Of a DNA stretch of 55,868 bases, positions 9,476-19,101 are shown in pieces. Below the pieces are notes generated by a model that made no database searches, was not told the origin of the DNA, and saw only the letters and a program-made list of their open reading frames with translations. The position numbers were made by a program, and so were the translations under genes. This stretch comes from an uncultured Halobacteriales archaeon (GTDB lineage: Archaea; Halobacteriota; Halobacteria; Halobacteriales; Haloarculaceae), in assembly GCA_964443815.1 (NCBI GenBank), contig CAYUFG010000001.1, forward strand, positions 1-55,868, read 5' to 3'. Position 1 is the stretch's first letter. Every line of letters starts with the position of its first letter.

Positions 9476-10459
9476 ATGTCACTGGACTTCGGCGTGGTGC
9501 TCCTGAGCCAGCACGACGCGGACCGGGATCCACTCGACTGTGCGGACGAGATCAGGTCCCAGGCCCGTCTGATCGACGACCTCGGGTACGACTCCCTCTG
9601 GGTCGGCGAACACCACTTCACCGAGGATATCTACTTCGACAACTTTCAACTCCTGCCACACCTCGCCGCCGAGACCGACGACGTCACCCTGGGGACTGCC
9701 GTCTGTCTCGTTCCGCTGCACAACCCCGTCCAGCTGGCCGAGCGGCTCGCGACGTTGGACGTGCTGTCGGACGGGCGGGTGGTCTTCGGTGGCGGCGTCG
9801 GCTACCGCCAGGAGGAGTTCGACGTGATGGGTGTGCCCAAGCGGGAGCGCGGCCAGCGCACCACGGAGACACTCGAGCTACTGGACAGGCTCTGGCGCGA
9901 AGACGGAGTCTCATACGAGGGCGAGATCTTCTCCGTCGACGACGTCTCGATCAACCCGAAGCCGGTCCAGGCGGGGGGCCCGGACCTCTGGGTCGGCGGC
10001 ACGGCCCCGCCCGCCATCCGACGGGCGGCCGACCTCGGCGACGCCTGGCTGATCGACGCACGGACACCGCTATCGGACGTGCTCGAGAACCGTCCCGTCT
10101 ACGAGGACGCTCTCGAGGAGGAGCCCGCCACCCGCCCGCTCCGACGGGAAGTCTTCGTCGCCGAGTCCGACGAAGAGGCCCGCGAGACCGCACTGCCGTC
10201 GCTCTCGGCCAAGTACGACACCTACCAGAACTGGGGCGGCGGTCACGCGATGGGTGAGGCCGACGACGCCTTCGACGAGTTCGTCGAGGGCCGGTTCGTC
10301 ATCGGCTCGCCGTCGACGGTGATCGAGGGCCTCGAACACTACCGCGACGAACTCGACGCCGACCACATCGTCATGCGCCACCAGTGGCCCGGCATGCCCG
10401 CGGCGGACGCCGAGGCCTCGCTCGAACTCTTCGCCGACGAGGTCATGCCGGCGTTCTGA
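9476..10459 (+). CDS. LLM class flavin/F420-dependent oxidoreductase
   Basis: I start at ATG 9476 (MSLDFGVVLLSQ...), in frame with track ORF 8924-10459. The upstream part of that ORF overlaps uxuA out of frame and is R/G-rich. Motifs are LGYDSLWVGEHHF, LGTAVCLVPLHNPVQLAERLATLDVLSDGRVVFGGGVGY, ERGQRTTETLELLDRLW and ELFADEVMPAF. Confidence 0.85.
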   Translation: MSLDFGVVLLSQHDADRDPLDCADEIRSQARLIDDLGYDSLWVGEHHFTEDIYFDNFQLLPHLAAETDDVTLGTAVCLVPLHNPVQLAERLATLDVLSDGRVVFGGGVGYRQEEFDVMGVPKRERGQRTTETLELLDRLWREDGVSYEGEIFSVDDVSINPKPVQAGGPDLWVGGTAPPAIRRAADLGDAWLIDARTPLSDVLENRPVYEDALEEEPATRPLRREVFVAESDEEARETALPSLSAKYDTYQNWGGGHAMGEADDAFDEFVEGRFVIGSPSTVIEGLEHYRDELDADHIVMRHQWPGMPAADAEASLELFADEVMPAF

Positions 10460-10581
10460 AGCGGAATACTTGCCCAGACCACAACCATGATTCAGGTTCA
10501 TCACAGGGACGGCGACAATCGATGCTGGAGCGCCGACGGTGGCGCGCCGACACGAATGACGCAATCGGATTAACCACAAAC

Positions 10582-12480
10582 ATGCTCGACTCACTGTTCG
10601 ATCCGGTCACGGTCGGCGGTCTCGACCTCCCCAACCGGGTCGTCATGCCGCCGATGGTCACCCGGTTCGCCTCCGAGGACGGCTACGTGACGGACCGCAG
10701 CCGCGAGTACTTTCGCGAACGGGCCCGTGGGGGGACGGGCCTGATCGTCTTCGAGTGCACCTATCCCTGCGAGCGGCACCCACAGCGCCACTGGCTGATC
10801 GACGACTCCTACATCGAGGGCCTCTCGTCGGTCGTCGACGCCGTCCACGACGAGGGCGGCACGCTCGCGGTGCAACTGAACACTCACCGCGCGACGAGCG
10901 ACGAAGTCGAGCCTCTCGCGCCCTCGGCGATCGAGCTACCGGAGGGCGGGACCGCCGACCGCATCTCACGCGAGCGCATGGTCGAGCTCGTCGCCGAGTT
11001 CGCGGCGGGCGCCGACCGTGCGAAACGGGCCGGCTTCGACGCCATCGAGATCCACGCCGCCTCGGGCTACCTCGTCCAGCAGTTCCTCTCGCCGCGGACG
11101 AACCGGCGGGACGACGACTACGGCGGCGACCTCGAGGGCCGGACGCGGTTCGCGCGGGACTTGCTCGCTGCGGTCCGGGACGAGGTGGGCCGGGACTTTC
11201 CGGTCTGGTTCCGAATGCCGGGCCACGAGTTTCTCGAGGGGGGTATCGATCCCGACGAGGCGACGCGAATCGGCCGCCGCCTCGCCGACGCCGGCAGCGA
11301 CGCGCTCCACGTCACCGCCGGCCACGTGTGGAACAACGGCCACATCGTCATCAACGGCCACGACGAGCGGGCTATCTACGCCGACTACGCGGCGGCCGTT
11401 CGCGAGGCGGTCGACGTGCCCGTCATCGCCGCGGGTCGGATCAACGACCCCGAACTCGCCGACGACCTGATCGCCGAGGGCAAGGCCGACCTCACTGCGA
11501 TGGGTCGAGCTCACATCGCCGATCCGCACTTCGTGCGGAAGGCCGAAGCCGGAAATCTCGACGGCGTTCGTCGCTGCGTCGGCGGCATGGAGGGCTGTCG
11601 CGACCTCGTCAACGGTAACCCCGTCACGTGTACGGTCAACCCGCGTGTCGGTCGCGAGGGCGAGTCGGTCGAGCCGGCGGCGGATCCGACGTCCATCGCC
11701 GTCGTGGGCGGTGGCCCGGCGGGCCTGGAGTTTGCCCGCTGGGCGGCCCGTCGCGGCCACAGCGTCACCGTCTACGAGGCGGCGTCTCGTCTCGGCGGCC
11801 AGCTCCGCTGGGCACAGCACGCACCGGGCAAGCGGGAGTACGCCGAGCTGTTGCGATTTCTCGAGACGGAACTCGACCGGGAGGGCGTGGCCGTCGAGAC
11901 GGGAGCCGAGCTCGAGGCTGCCGACGTCGAGGCGCTTCCCGCCGACACCGTCGTCGTCGCCACCGGCAGTGCGCCGGCGGTGCCGACCATCGAGGGCATC
12001 TCCGACGCGATCGCCGATGGTCGCGTAGTGACGCCGGAGGACGTCCTCACCGGCGACGCGGACATCGGGACCGCACTCGTACACGGTGCGAGTGAGATCG
12101 GCGTCGACACCGCCGAGTACCTCGCGGATCGCGGCGTGGCTGTGACGATCGTCTCACCCGGGAGGCTCCTCCCCGAGCGCTACACCGAGGGTGAAGGCGT
12201 CACCTCCCGGGACCGCATCCTCGCCAGCCTCGGCGAGCACGATCGCGACATCGAGACCATCGAACACGCCAGTCTGCAGGCCATCGAGGACACCACGGCG
12301 CGTGTCATCGACGTCGACGGCGAGGAACGATTCGTCGCGTTCGACGAGCTCGTCATAGCTGGCGAGCGCCGACCCCGATCGCTCGACGTCGAGGACGCCG
12401 TCGTCATCGGCGACGCCGAGACGCCGAGCGACCTCTACACCGCCATCCACGAGGGCGCCCGCCTCGGCCGCTCCATCTAG
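10582..12480 (+). CDS. Old-yellow-enzyme (NADH:flavin oxidoreductase) domain fused to an FAD/NAD(P)-binding domain; 2,4-dienoyl-CoA reductase (FadH)-like
   Basis: I start at ATG 10582 (MLDSLFDPVTVGGLDLPNRVVMPPM...). The OYE TIM-barrel motifs are GFDAIEIHAASGYLVQQFLSPRTNRRDDDYGG. The linker RRCVGGMEGCRDLVNGNPVTCTVNP aligns to the FadH Fe-S motif. It is followed by IAVVGGGPAGLEFA (Rossmann fold). Confidence 0.85.
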   Translation: MLDSLFDPVTVGGLDLPNRVVMPPMVTRFASEDGYVTDRSREYFRERARGGTGLIVFECTYPCERHPQRHWLIDDSYIEGLSSVVDAVHDEGGTLAVQLNTHRATSDEVEPLAPSAIELPEGGTADRISRERMVELVAEFAAGADRAKRAGFDAIEIHAASGYLVQQFLSPRTNRRDDDYGGDLEGRTRFARDLLAAVRDEVGRDFPVWFRMPGHEFLEGGIDPDEATRIGRRLADAGSDALHVTAGHVWNNGHIVINGHDERAIYADYAAAVREAVDVPVIAAGRINDPELADDLIAEGKADLTAMGRAHIADPHFVRKAEAGNLDGVRRCVGGMEGCRDLVNGNPVTCTVNPRVGREGESVEPAADPTSIAVVGGGPAGLEFARWAARRGHSVTVYEAASRLGGQLRWAQHAPGKREYAELLRFLETELDREGVAVETGAELEAADVEALPADTVVVATGSAPAVPTIEGISDAIADGRVVTPEDVLTGDADIGTALVHGASEIGVDTAEYLADRGVAVTIVSPGRLLPERYTEGEGVTSRDRILASLGEHDRDIETIEHASLQAIEDTTARVIDVDGEERFVAFDELVIAGERRPRSLDVEDAVVIGDAETPSDLYTAIHEGARLGRSI

Positions 12481-13241
12481 TGATCCGCCGGGAGAACGCC
12501 ACGCTTCTCGGCCTCCTCTCGGACGATGTCGGCGCTCTCGATCATGGTGTGCGAGCCGAGGATGCTCGCGATTTCGATCACCCCCGCGACCTCCGATGGC
12601 GTGGCACCGTGGTCGAGGGCACTTCTGACGTGCGTCCGGATGCCCGGCGTGTAGACTGTCGTCCCCGCCGCGTTGACAGCGACGTAGATGAGCTCCTTCA
12701 GTTTTGGCTCCAGAACTCCCTCCGTCCACGGGATCGCCGCGATGTCGAGATACCGCTCGAAGAAGGCGGCGTCCGTGGCGAGGATCGCCGCCAGCTCGTC
12801 GTCCCAGGATTCCACGGTGTCGCGGTACTCGTCAGCGAGACTCCCGTCGCCGGGGTCGGGCGCTTCCCCGTCGGAGACCTCCTCCGCAAGGACGGCAAAC
12901 CCCTCACGAGCACCATTGAAGCCGACGTCGCTCGTGATGAGAAGGACCTCGGTGAGTTCCTCGACGGTGGCGCCTTCGTCGAGGGCCTTGCCCACGTGGG
13001 CGCGAGTGCCGAGGTTGTAGAGGTGCGTTGTCGACGCGTCGATCGCCACGTGGACGAACTCCCGCTCTTTCGGCGCGAGCCCCGCCCGCTCCCAGGCGTG
13101 GCGCGTCAGCTCGCCGTAGGCCTCGAGCCACGCCGGCTCCAGGCGGAGGATGTCTTCGAAGTTGCCGGTCCAGTACCGGTTCTCGGTGTAGGCATCCTTG
13201 ACACGTCGCTGTTCTGCGGTCAGATCGTCTTCCGAGGCCAT
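12477..13241 (-). CDS. Carboxymuconolactone decarboxylase (CMD/AhpD-like) family protein, two-domain
   Basis: 254 aa with two repeats of the CMD pattern (KEREFVHVAIDASTTHLYNLGTRAHVGKALDEGATVEEL and KLKELIYVAVNAAGTTVYTPGIRTHVRSALDHGATPSEV). Confidence 0.8.
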   Translation of the reverse strand: MASEDDLTAEQRRVKDAYTENRYWTGNFEDILRLEPAWLEAYGELTRHAWERAGLAPKEREFVHVAIDASTTHLYNLGTRAHVGKALDEGATVEELTEVLLITSDVGFNGAREGFAVLAEEVSDGEAPDPGDGSLADEYRDTVESWDDELAAILATDAAFFERYLDIAAIPWTEGVLEPKLKELIYVAVNAAGTTVYTPGIRTHVRSALDHGATPSEVAGVIEIASILGSHTMIESADIVREEAEKRGVLPADH

Positions 13242-13327
13242 GCGGGGAAGGCCCGCCCGTGAGCCATGAGTCTTGCGTCGGACCCCATCTGCGAGGAATT
13301 AAGGGTCCGTGCGGGGTTGACCGAGAT

Positions 13328-14536
13328 ATGCATTCTGAGTCCGGCGCGGGCATGCTCGACGGCATCAAGGTCCTCGACGTGACACAGGTCGTCGCGGGAT
13401 CGTTCGGGTCGATGCAGCTCGCGGATCTCGGCGCCGACGTCGTCAAGGTCGAACGCGTCGGCCGGGGCGACATCGGCCGGGGGTTCGATCCGTACGTCGG
13501 TGGCACCAGCGCGTACTTCGCCTCGGTCAACCGCAACAAGAAGTCGATCGCCCTCGACCTCAAGTCGGACGACGGCAGTCAGGCCTTCCTCGATCTCGCC
13601 GAACGTGCCGACGTCGTCGTCGAGAATTACCGGCCGGGGACCATGGAGTCGTTCGGCCTCGGCTACGAGGAGGTCAGCACGGTCAACCCGGAGATCGTCT
13701 ACTGCTCCATCTCCGGCTACGGCCAGACGGGGCCATACGCCGAGTACCCCGCCCTCGACATCATCATCCAGGCCTTCGCTGGCAACATGTCGATCACGGG
13801 CCCGGGGGACGGACAGCCCTACCGCGCCGGCGCGCCGATCGCCGACATCTCCGGGTCGATGTACGCCGCCCAGTCGGTCATCGCGGCGCTCTTCGAGCGC
13901 GAGCGCACCGGCGAGGGCACCTATATCGACGTCTCGATGGCCGAGAGCATGATCTCCTGGCTCACCGTCCGGGCGGGGTGGTCTTTCGGGACGGGCGAGC
14001 CGTACCCCCGGAAGGGGAACGAACTCGACGAGTTCGTCCCCTACGGGGTCTACGAGTGCGCCGACGGTTACCTCGCGATCTGCGCCGTCCAGGACCACCA
14101 CTGGGACAGGCTCGCCGACGCCATCGGCCGACCGGAACTCGGCGACGACGACCGATTCGAGACCGCAGACGACCGCCGGGCGAACCGCGATGAGGTGAAC
14201 GCGATCCTCGACGACGCCCTCGCGGACGAGACGGCGCGGGACCTCTTCGACGAACTCGCCACACAGAACATCCCCGCGGCGCCGGTTCACGACACGCTCG
14301 AGATCTGGGAGGACGACCACGTCCAGGCCCGGGGCCTGCACACGACCGTCGAGACGCCCGACGGCGGCGAGATCGACGCTATCCGGCACCCTGTTTCCTT
14401 CGAAGGTACGTCGAAGGAACTCCCCCGTGGCGTCGCTGCCCTCGGCGAGCACACCCGTGAGGAGCTTGCCGCGGCGGGCTATTCCGACGACGAGATCGAC
14501 GAGATCCTCGAGTCGGGTGCGGCCGGCGAGCCCTAG
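13328..14536 (+). CDS. Family III (CaiB/BaiF) CoA-transferase
   Basis: GIKVLDVTQVVAGSFGSMQLADLGADVVKVER and SISGYGQTGPYAEYPALDIIIQAFAG are signature segments of family III CoA-transferases. The start is ATG 13328 or the Met at 13352 (MLDGIKVLD). Confidence 0.9.
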   Translation: MHSESGAGMLDGIKVLDVTQVVAGSFGSMQLADLGADVVKVERVGRGDIGRGFDPYVGGTSAYFASVNRNKKSIALDLKSDDGSQAFLDLAERADVVVENYRPGTMESFGLGYEEVSTVNPEIVYCSISGYGQTGPYAEYPALDIIIQAFAGNMSITGPGDGQPYRAGAPIADISGSMYAAQSVIAALFERERTGEGTYIDVSMAESMISWLTVRAGWSFGTGEPYPRKGNELDEFVPYGVYECADGYLAICAVQDHHWDRLADAIGRPELGDDDRFETADDRRANRDEVNAILDDALADETARDLFDELATQNIPAAPVHDTLEIWEDDHVQARGLHTTVETPDGGEIDAIRHPVSFEGTSKELPRGVAALGEHTREELAAAGYSDDEIDEILESGAAGEP

Positions 14537-15324
14537 AGCGTCGACGCGTGTGAACCGCCGTTCACGAAGATGGCGTCGCCGTTGATGTACCCCGCGCGGT
14601 CCGAGCAGAGGTAGGCGACGGTGTCGCCGAGTTCGATCGGGTCGCCCATCCGGTCGACTGGAATCCCCTCAGCGCGGAGTTCTCGCCCCTCGTCGTAATC
14701 GGCGATCTCGCCCTCCTCGATCATGCGGTCGAAGCCGCGGTAGACCCGGGGGCTCTCGTAGGCACCCGGCATGATCGTATTGGCGCGAATCTCTGGAGCG
14801 AGTTGCTCGGACAGCACTTTCTGGATGCCCGCGACGGTCATCCGGACGGAGCTGGAGAGGACGTTCGCGGTGCTGGCCTCCTTGATGATCTGTGAGGTGA
14901 TCGCGACGACGGAACCGCCACCGTCTGCCTCGAGGTGTGGGGCCGCCTCCCGGACCGTCCGGACGACCGGCATCACCAGCAACTCCCAGGCGTCGTTCCA
15001 ATGCTCGTCGTCGGTTTCGAGGAACTGGAGCCGGGGTGGCCCGCCTGCAGACGTAACGAGGTGGTCGAGCCGGCCGAACTCATCGACCGTCGTCTCGACC
15101 AATTCTGCCGGCGTGTCTGGATCGGTGATGTCGCCGGTCACCGCGACGACATCGCCGGTGGCGACGTCCTCGATCTCCGCTCGGGCTTCCTCGAGCGATG
15201 CTTCCGTTCGGCCGTTGATCACCACGTCGGCGCCCTCCCTGGCGAGCGCCGTCGCTGCGCCTTTGCCCAGGCCGCCGCTCGATGCGAGCGTCAGTGCTGC
15301 GGTGTCCTCGAGTCCGAGGTCCAT
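14533..15324 (-). CDS. SDR-fold oxidoreductase, divergent active site
   Basis: 263 aa with a Rossmann motif (ASSGGLGKGAATALA) and ...IRANTIMPG.... Where classical SDRs have YxxxK this protein reads SSSVR, so the chemistry may differ. Confidence 0.8.
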   Translation of the reverse strand: MDLGLEDTAALTLASSGGLGKGAATALAREGADVVINGRTEASLEEARAEIEDVATGDVVAVTGDITDPDTPAELVETTVDEFGRLDHLVTSAGGPPRLQFLETDDEHWNDAWELLVMPVVRTVREAAPHLEADGGGSVVAITSQIIKEASTANVLSSSVRMTVAGIQKVLSEQLAPEIRANTIMPGAYESPRVYRGFDRMIEEGEIADYDEGRELRAEGIPVDRMGDPIELGDTVAYLCSDRAGYINGDAIFVNGGSHASTL

Positions 15325-15363
15325 ACCCCGAGCCCGTCCAGCCCAACAATAAAGCTACGGCGC

Positions 15364-15585
15364 TTAGGACCGTTCGTCCGGTCGCTTCCAGGATTCCGGT
15401 GCCACGCCCAGCCTGAGGACTACTGGTCGGTAGGCGAAGACGATCACCATCACCACGGCGAAGAAGACGATGATGTTGTCGATCCCGAGCTGGTTCTCGA
15501 CGATCTCGAGCGCGAGGAAGACCAGCGCGAGCATCACCAGGTAATGGGGCAGTACGTCGACGGTCCTGGCGAGTACCTCTCCCAT
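15364..15585 (-). CDS. Small hypothetical membrane protein (two predicted TM helices)
   Basis: 73-aa ORF with two hydrophobic stretches (YLVMLALVFLALEIV, IIVFFAVVMVIVFAY). I recognise no family. It fits the gap between flanking genes. Confidence 0.4.
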   Translation of the reverse strand: MGEVLARTVDVLPHYLVMLALVFLALEIVENQLGIDNIIVFFAVVMVIVFAYRPVVLRLGVAPESWKRPDERS

Positions 15586-15663
15586 ATGCGCCGTTAGGAC
15601 AACCGGCTAATGGCCTTTTGGGTCCGCGTCGTTTATCTCGGCGTCACTCTTCAGTCGAACCGA

Positions 15664-16143
15664 ATGGGCGACAAGACCGTGTCGGCCGTGTTCGTTCCCG
15701 TGCACCGGCCCGACGACGGGCCGCCACGACTGGGGTTCGTCTGGCGGTCGCCGGACTCCACCACCCACGCCGGCCACGTGGGATTCCCCGGAGGGAAGGT
15801 CGAACCCGAAGACGAGGACCTGCGCGAGACGGCCCGCCGGGAGACCCGCGAGGAGACCGCCCTGACGCCTGCGGACTTCGCTATCGACGAGCGACTGGAC
15901 GATCACCACACCCGATCCACCGGGTTCGCGGTCGCGCCGTTCGTCGGAACCGTCGATCACCCTGCTGGATTCGTCCCCGACTCCAGGGAAGTCACCGACT
16001 CCTTCTGGGCCTCGATCCCTGACCTTCGCGCCGCATACGAGATGGACGGTGACCGGGTCCGGTACCGGCTTGCAGACGGCGAGGTGTGGGGCGTCACCGG
16101 CCGTATCGTCACCTCCCTGCTCGCGACTCGTTGGATCGAGTGA
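15664..16143 (+). CDS. NUDIX hydrolase, CoA pyrophosphatase (NudL/NUDT7-like)
   Basis: LGFVWRSPDSTTHAGHVGFPGGKVEPEDEDLRETARRETREETAL parallels the CoA-diphosphatase motif plus Nudix box (...RS....G.V.FPGGK.D..D....A.REA.EE.GL). The start is set at ATG 15664. The track start at 15610 would leave only 24 bp to the divergent gene. Confidence 0.75.
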   Translation: MGDKTVSAVFVPVHRPDDGPPRLGFVWRSPDSTTHAGHVGFPGGKVEPEDEDLRETARRETREETALTPADFAIDERLDDHHTRSTGFAVAPFVGTVDHPAGFVPDSREVTDSFWASIPDLRAAYEMDGDRVRYRLADGEVWGVTGRIVTSLLATRWIE

Positions 16144-16200
16144 TGCCCAACGTTCATACGGCCCCTTGGAGTACCCCGGCGTAGGTAGGCGACTATCCGC

Positions 16201-17403
16201 GTGTCTAGTCTCTCACTCCTCTCACGGGCCCGTGACGCTGCCCGCGACGAACACCTGTTGATACTGGTCGCGATTTCGGCGGGCTGGTTCCTGTCGCTGG
16301 GCGTCAGGCTCGTCTATCCCGTGTTGCTTCCCTACATTCGCGAGTCCTACAATCTGGACCTGGCCGTGGCCGGATTGCTGTTGAGCGCGCTCTGGTTCGC
16401 GTACGCGCTGGGCCAACTTCCGGGCGGCTACCTGGCGGACCGCCTGGGTGAAGGCCGCGTTCTGGTCGTCAGCTCGATCGTTGCCGCCGGGACGCTCGTG
16501 CTCGTCGCACTCGGCGGTTCCGTGTCTTCCCTGTTCGTTGGCACCGTACTCCTTGGACTCGGCACTGCGCTGTTTGGTGTCGCTCGCTTCACCATCATCG
16601 CCGATCTGTTCGCCGACCGTGTTGGGACGGCCACCGGGATCACGCTTGCCGCCGGCGATGCGGGGAATGCCGTGCTGCCACCGCTCGCGGGATTTCTGGC
16701 AGCGGCGATCGCCTGGCAGGCCGGCTTCGGCGTTCTCGTCCCCCTATTCCTGCTCGCCGCCATTTCGCTCTGGATGGTCGTCCCCGCGACGACGTCCAGT
16801 GCGGCTGATGGCATCGACGAACTCTCGCTCGACAGCGCACGCCGGGTGCTTGCGGGCCTTCGCTCGCCGGAGATCGTCAGGGGAACGGCGGTGCTGTTCC
16901 TCGGCAACTGGATCTGGCAGGCGTTCACCGGCTTCTATCCGACCTATCTCGTCGAGATGAAGGGCCTCTCGCCGACGCGAGCGGGCCTGCTCTTCGGCGG
17001 GTTCTTCGCCCTTGGCATCGTCGTCAAACCCCTCGCCGGTGACGGGTACGACCGCATCGGCATCCGGCGGTCGCTCCTGGCTGTCGCCATCGCGATGGCC
17101 GTCTCACTGGTGCTCCTCCCATTCGCCGAGGGTCTCGGCCCGATCATCGCGGTGACGGCGCTCGCGAGCGGCCTGTTGGGGTACGGTACCCTCGCGCTGA
17201 CGTACGTGACGACGGCCCTCCCGTCCGCGGTTCGGAGCACTGGCCTCGGCGCTATCCGGACGACGTACAGCACGGTCGGGGCGGCCAGTCCGCTGGTCTT
17301 CGGCGCGCTCGCAGACCGCGGCTACTTCGACGAGGCGTTCTTCCTGCTCGCCGGGCTCGCCGTGGTGATGGCGGCGCTGGCGCTGCTGATTCCGGAGCCC
17401 TAG
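16201..17403 (+). CDS. MFS transporter
   Basis: 400 aa with about 12 hydrophobic segments, an MFS loop motif (GGYLADRLGEGRVL) and a GTG start. Confidence 0.85.
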   Translation: MSSLSLLSRARDAARDEHLLILVAISAGWFLSLGVRLVYPVLLPYIRESYNLDLAVAGLLLSALWFAYALGQLPGGYLADRLGEGRVLVVSSIVAAGTLVLVALGGSVSSLFVGTVLLGLGTALFGVARFTIIADLFADRVGTATGITLAAGDAGNAVLPPLAGFLAAAIAWQAGFGVLVPLFLLAAISLWMVVPATTSSAADGIDELSLDSARRVLAGLRSPEIVRGTAVLFLGNWIWQAFTGFYPTYLVEMKGLSPTRAGLLFGGFFALGIVVKPLAGDGYDRIGIRRSLLAVAIAMAVSLVLLPFAEGLGPIIAVTALASGLLGYGTLALTYVTTALPSAVRSTGLGAIRTTYSTVGAASPLVFGALADRGYFDEAFFLLAGLAVVMAALALLIPEP

Positions 17404-17750
17404 TCCCGACGGCTGTAGATGGCGACTCGCGCCAACTTCCCGTCCGTGAAGTCGAAGACGTCGCAGAACTCGCTCTCGACCGTCCCGTCGCCGTCGTTGA
17501 GCGTCGCCTCGCCCTCCGCGACCGCGAAGTCGTCGCCGTAGCGCCGGCGGTTCGTCTGGTGGTCGGAGTCCCGGTCGCCGCGGGTATTTCGGTAGTAGTC
17601 CTTGACGTCCTCGATGCCGTTGTACACCTCACCGACACCGGTGACGAGTTCGAAGTCGTCGGCGAGGATGGTGAACAGCGTCTCGTAGTCGGTCGTGTCG
17701 AGGCTGTCGAAGTAGGTGTCGATGAGGTCGTCCGCAGTCTGCTGATCCAT
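17400..17750 (-). CDS. SnoaL-like/NTF2-fold small protein (tentative)
   Basis: I take the acidic 116-aa C-terminal part of track ORF 17400-18155, starting at ATG 17750 (MDQQTADDLIDTYFDSLDTTDYETLFTILADDFELV...GKLARVAIY). It has an NTF2-like layout. The upstream ORF portion is basic and overlaps the MFS gene on the other strand. Confidence 0.5.
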   Translation of the reverse strand: MDQQTADDLIDTYFDSLDTTDYETLFTILADDFELVTGVGEVYNGIEDVKDYYRNTRGDRDSDHQTNRRRYGDDFAVAEGEATLNDGDGTVESEFCDVFDFTDGKLARVAIYSRRD

Positions 17751-17829
17751 GGGCCGACCAGGGCCGACCTGGACGTAAAGACACCGGGTCATCGATTCCT
17801 TCACAAGGGAGGCCGTCCGGTCTCCGGCC

Positions 17830-19014
17830 GTGTCACGCCGGCAACTGTTCGGGTCGCTCTGTGCGATGGTCTTCCTCGTGAACATGGCGCGGATCATCTT
17901 CGCGCCGCTCGTCCAGCCCGCGGCGGCGGACTTCGACGTTACCGCCGCGTCGCTCGGCGTCGTCACGAGCGCCGCGTGGCTCGGCAGCGCGGCCCCACGG
18001 CTGCCGACGGGATATCTACTGACGAAGACGTCGCGGGCTCGAGTCGTCGCGGGGACGGGCACCCTACTCGTGGTGACGTCGCTGTTCACCGCCGCAGCTG
18101 GATCCGTTTCCCACCTCGCCGTAGGCGCGTTCGCCATGGGGACCTCGAGTGGCATCTACTTCATCGCCGCTCTGCCACTGGTGAGCGAACTCTATCCGGA
18201 CCGCGTCGGTAGCGCGATCGGCGTCCACGGTGTGTCCAGCCAGGTGGCCTCCATCTTGGCCCCGCTCGTGCTCAGCGCCGTGTTGATCGCTGGCGACTGG
18301 CGGACAACGTTCGTGCTGATCGCCGCGCTAGCCGCAGCCATCACCGCCGGCCTCGTCTGGGCTGCCCGCCGAACCGACCTGCCCGACGCCGGTCGGGATG
18401 ACCGCAGCCTCCTCGCGGCCATTCGGGGCCAATGGCCGCTCGTCGTCACTGCCGTCGCCGTGATCGGCATGGCGGGATTCCTCTGGAACGGCCTCTTCAA
18501 CCTCTACGGTGACTACCTCACGGTCGTGAAGGGGATCGACCCCGCGACCGGCCGGCTGTTGCTCTCACTGATGTTCGCCGCCGGCGCCGTGGCCGTGTTC
18601 GCTGCGGGCCGCCTCGCGGATCGGCTGCCGAACGTTCCGATGCTGCTGGCGATCAGCGGCGGGTTCGGCGTGAGCGTGCTCGCGCTGACGGCCGTCTCCG
18701 GTATCGTCCTCATCGCCATCTTCAGCGTCTGTGCCGGGGCCTTCTTCTTCGCCCTCCTGCCCACGACGGACACCTACATGCTCTCCTCGCTGCCCGACCA
18801 CCACCGCGCCAGCGCCTACTCGTTCTACTCAGCATCCATGATGTTCGTCCAGGCGCTGGGATCCGGCTTCGTGGGGACCGTGGTGGTCGGCGGGACGAGC
18901 TACGACGCGGCTTTCCAGGGACTCGCCGCCGTGGTTCTCGCGGTCGTGGCGGTGCTGGCTGTCCTCCACCGACTCGGACGGCTGCCGACCGGCGGCCGGC
19001 CGGCGAATTCTTGA
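17830..19014 (+). CDS. MFS transporter
   Basis: 394 aa, multi-TM, with an MFS-type repeat organisation and a GTG start. Confidence 0.8.
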   Translation: MSRRQLFGSLCAMVFLVNMARIIFAPLVQPAAADFDVTAASLGVVTSAAWLGSAAPRLPTGYLLTKTSRARVVAGTGTLLVVTSLFTAAAGSVSHLAVGAFAMGTSSGIYFIAALPLVSELYPDRVGSAIGVHGVSSQVASILAPLVLSAVLIAGDWRTTFVLIAALAAAITAGLVWAARRTDLPDAGRDDRSLLAAIRGQWPLVVTAVAVIGMAGFLWNGLFNLYGDYLTVVKGIDPATGRLLLSLMFAAGAVAVFAAGRLADRLPNVPMLLAISGGFGVSVLALTAVSGIVLIAIFSVCAGAFFFALLPTTDTYMLSSLPDHHRASAYSFYSASMMFVQALGSGFVGTVVVGGTSYDAAFQGLAAVVLAVVAVLAVLHRLGRLPTGGRPANS

Positions 19015-19101
19015 CGCAATTGATAGTCGTTACCGGTAGGAAACCGCGTGAGGCGGAACGATATCGAGTCTCGAGAGGGCGGGTCTTCCCAGGCTCCCTC
19101 A

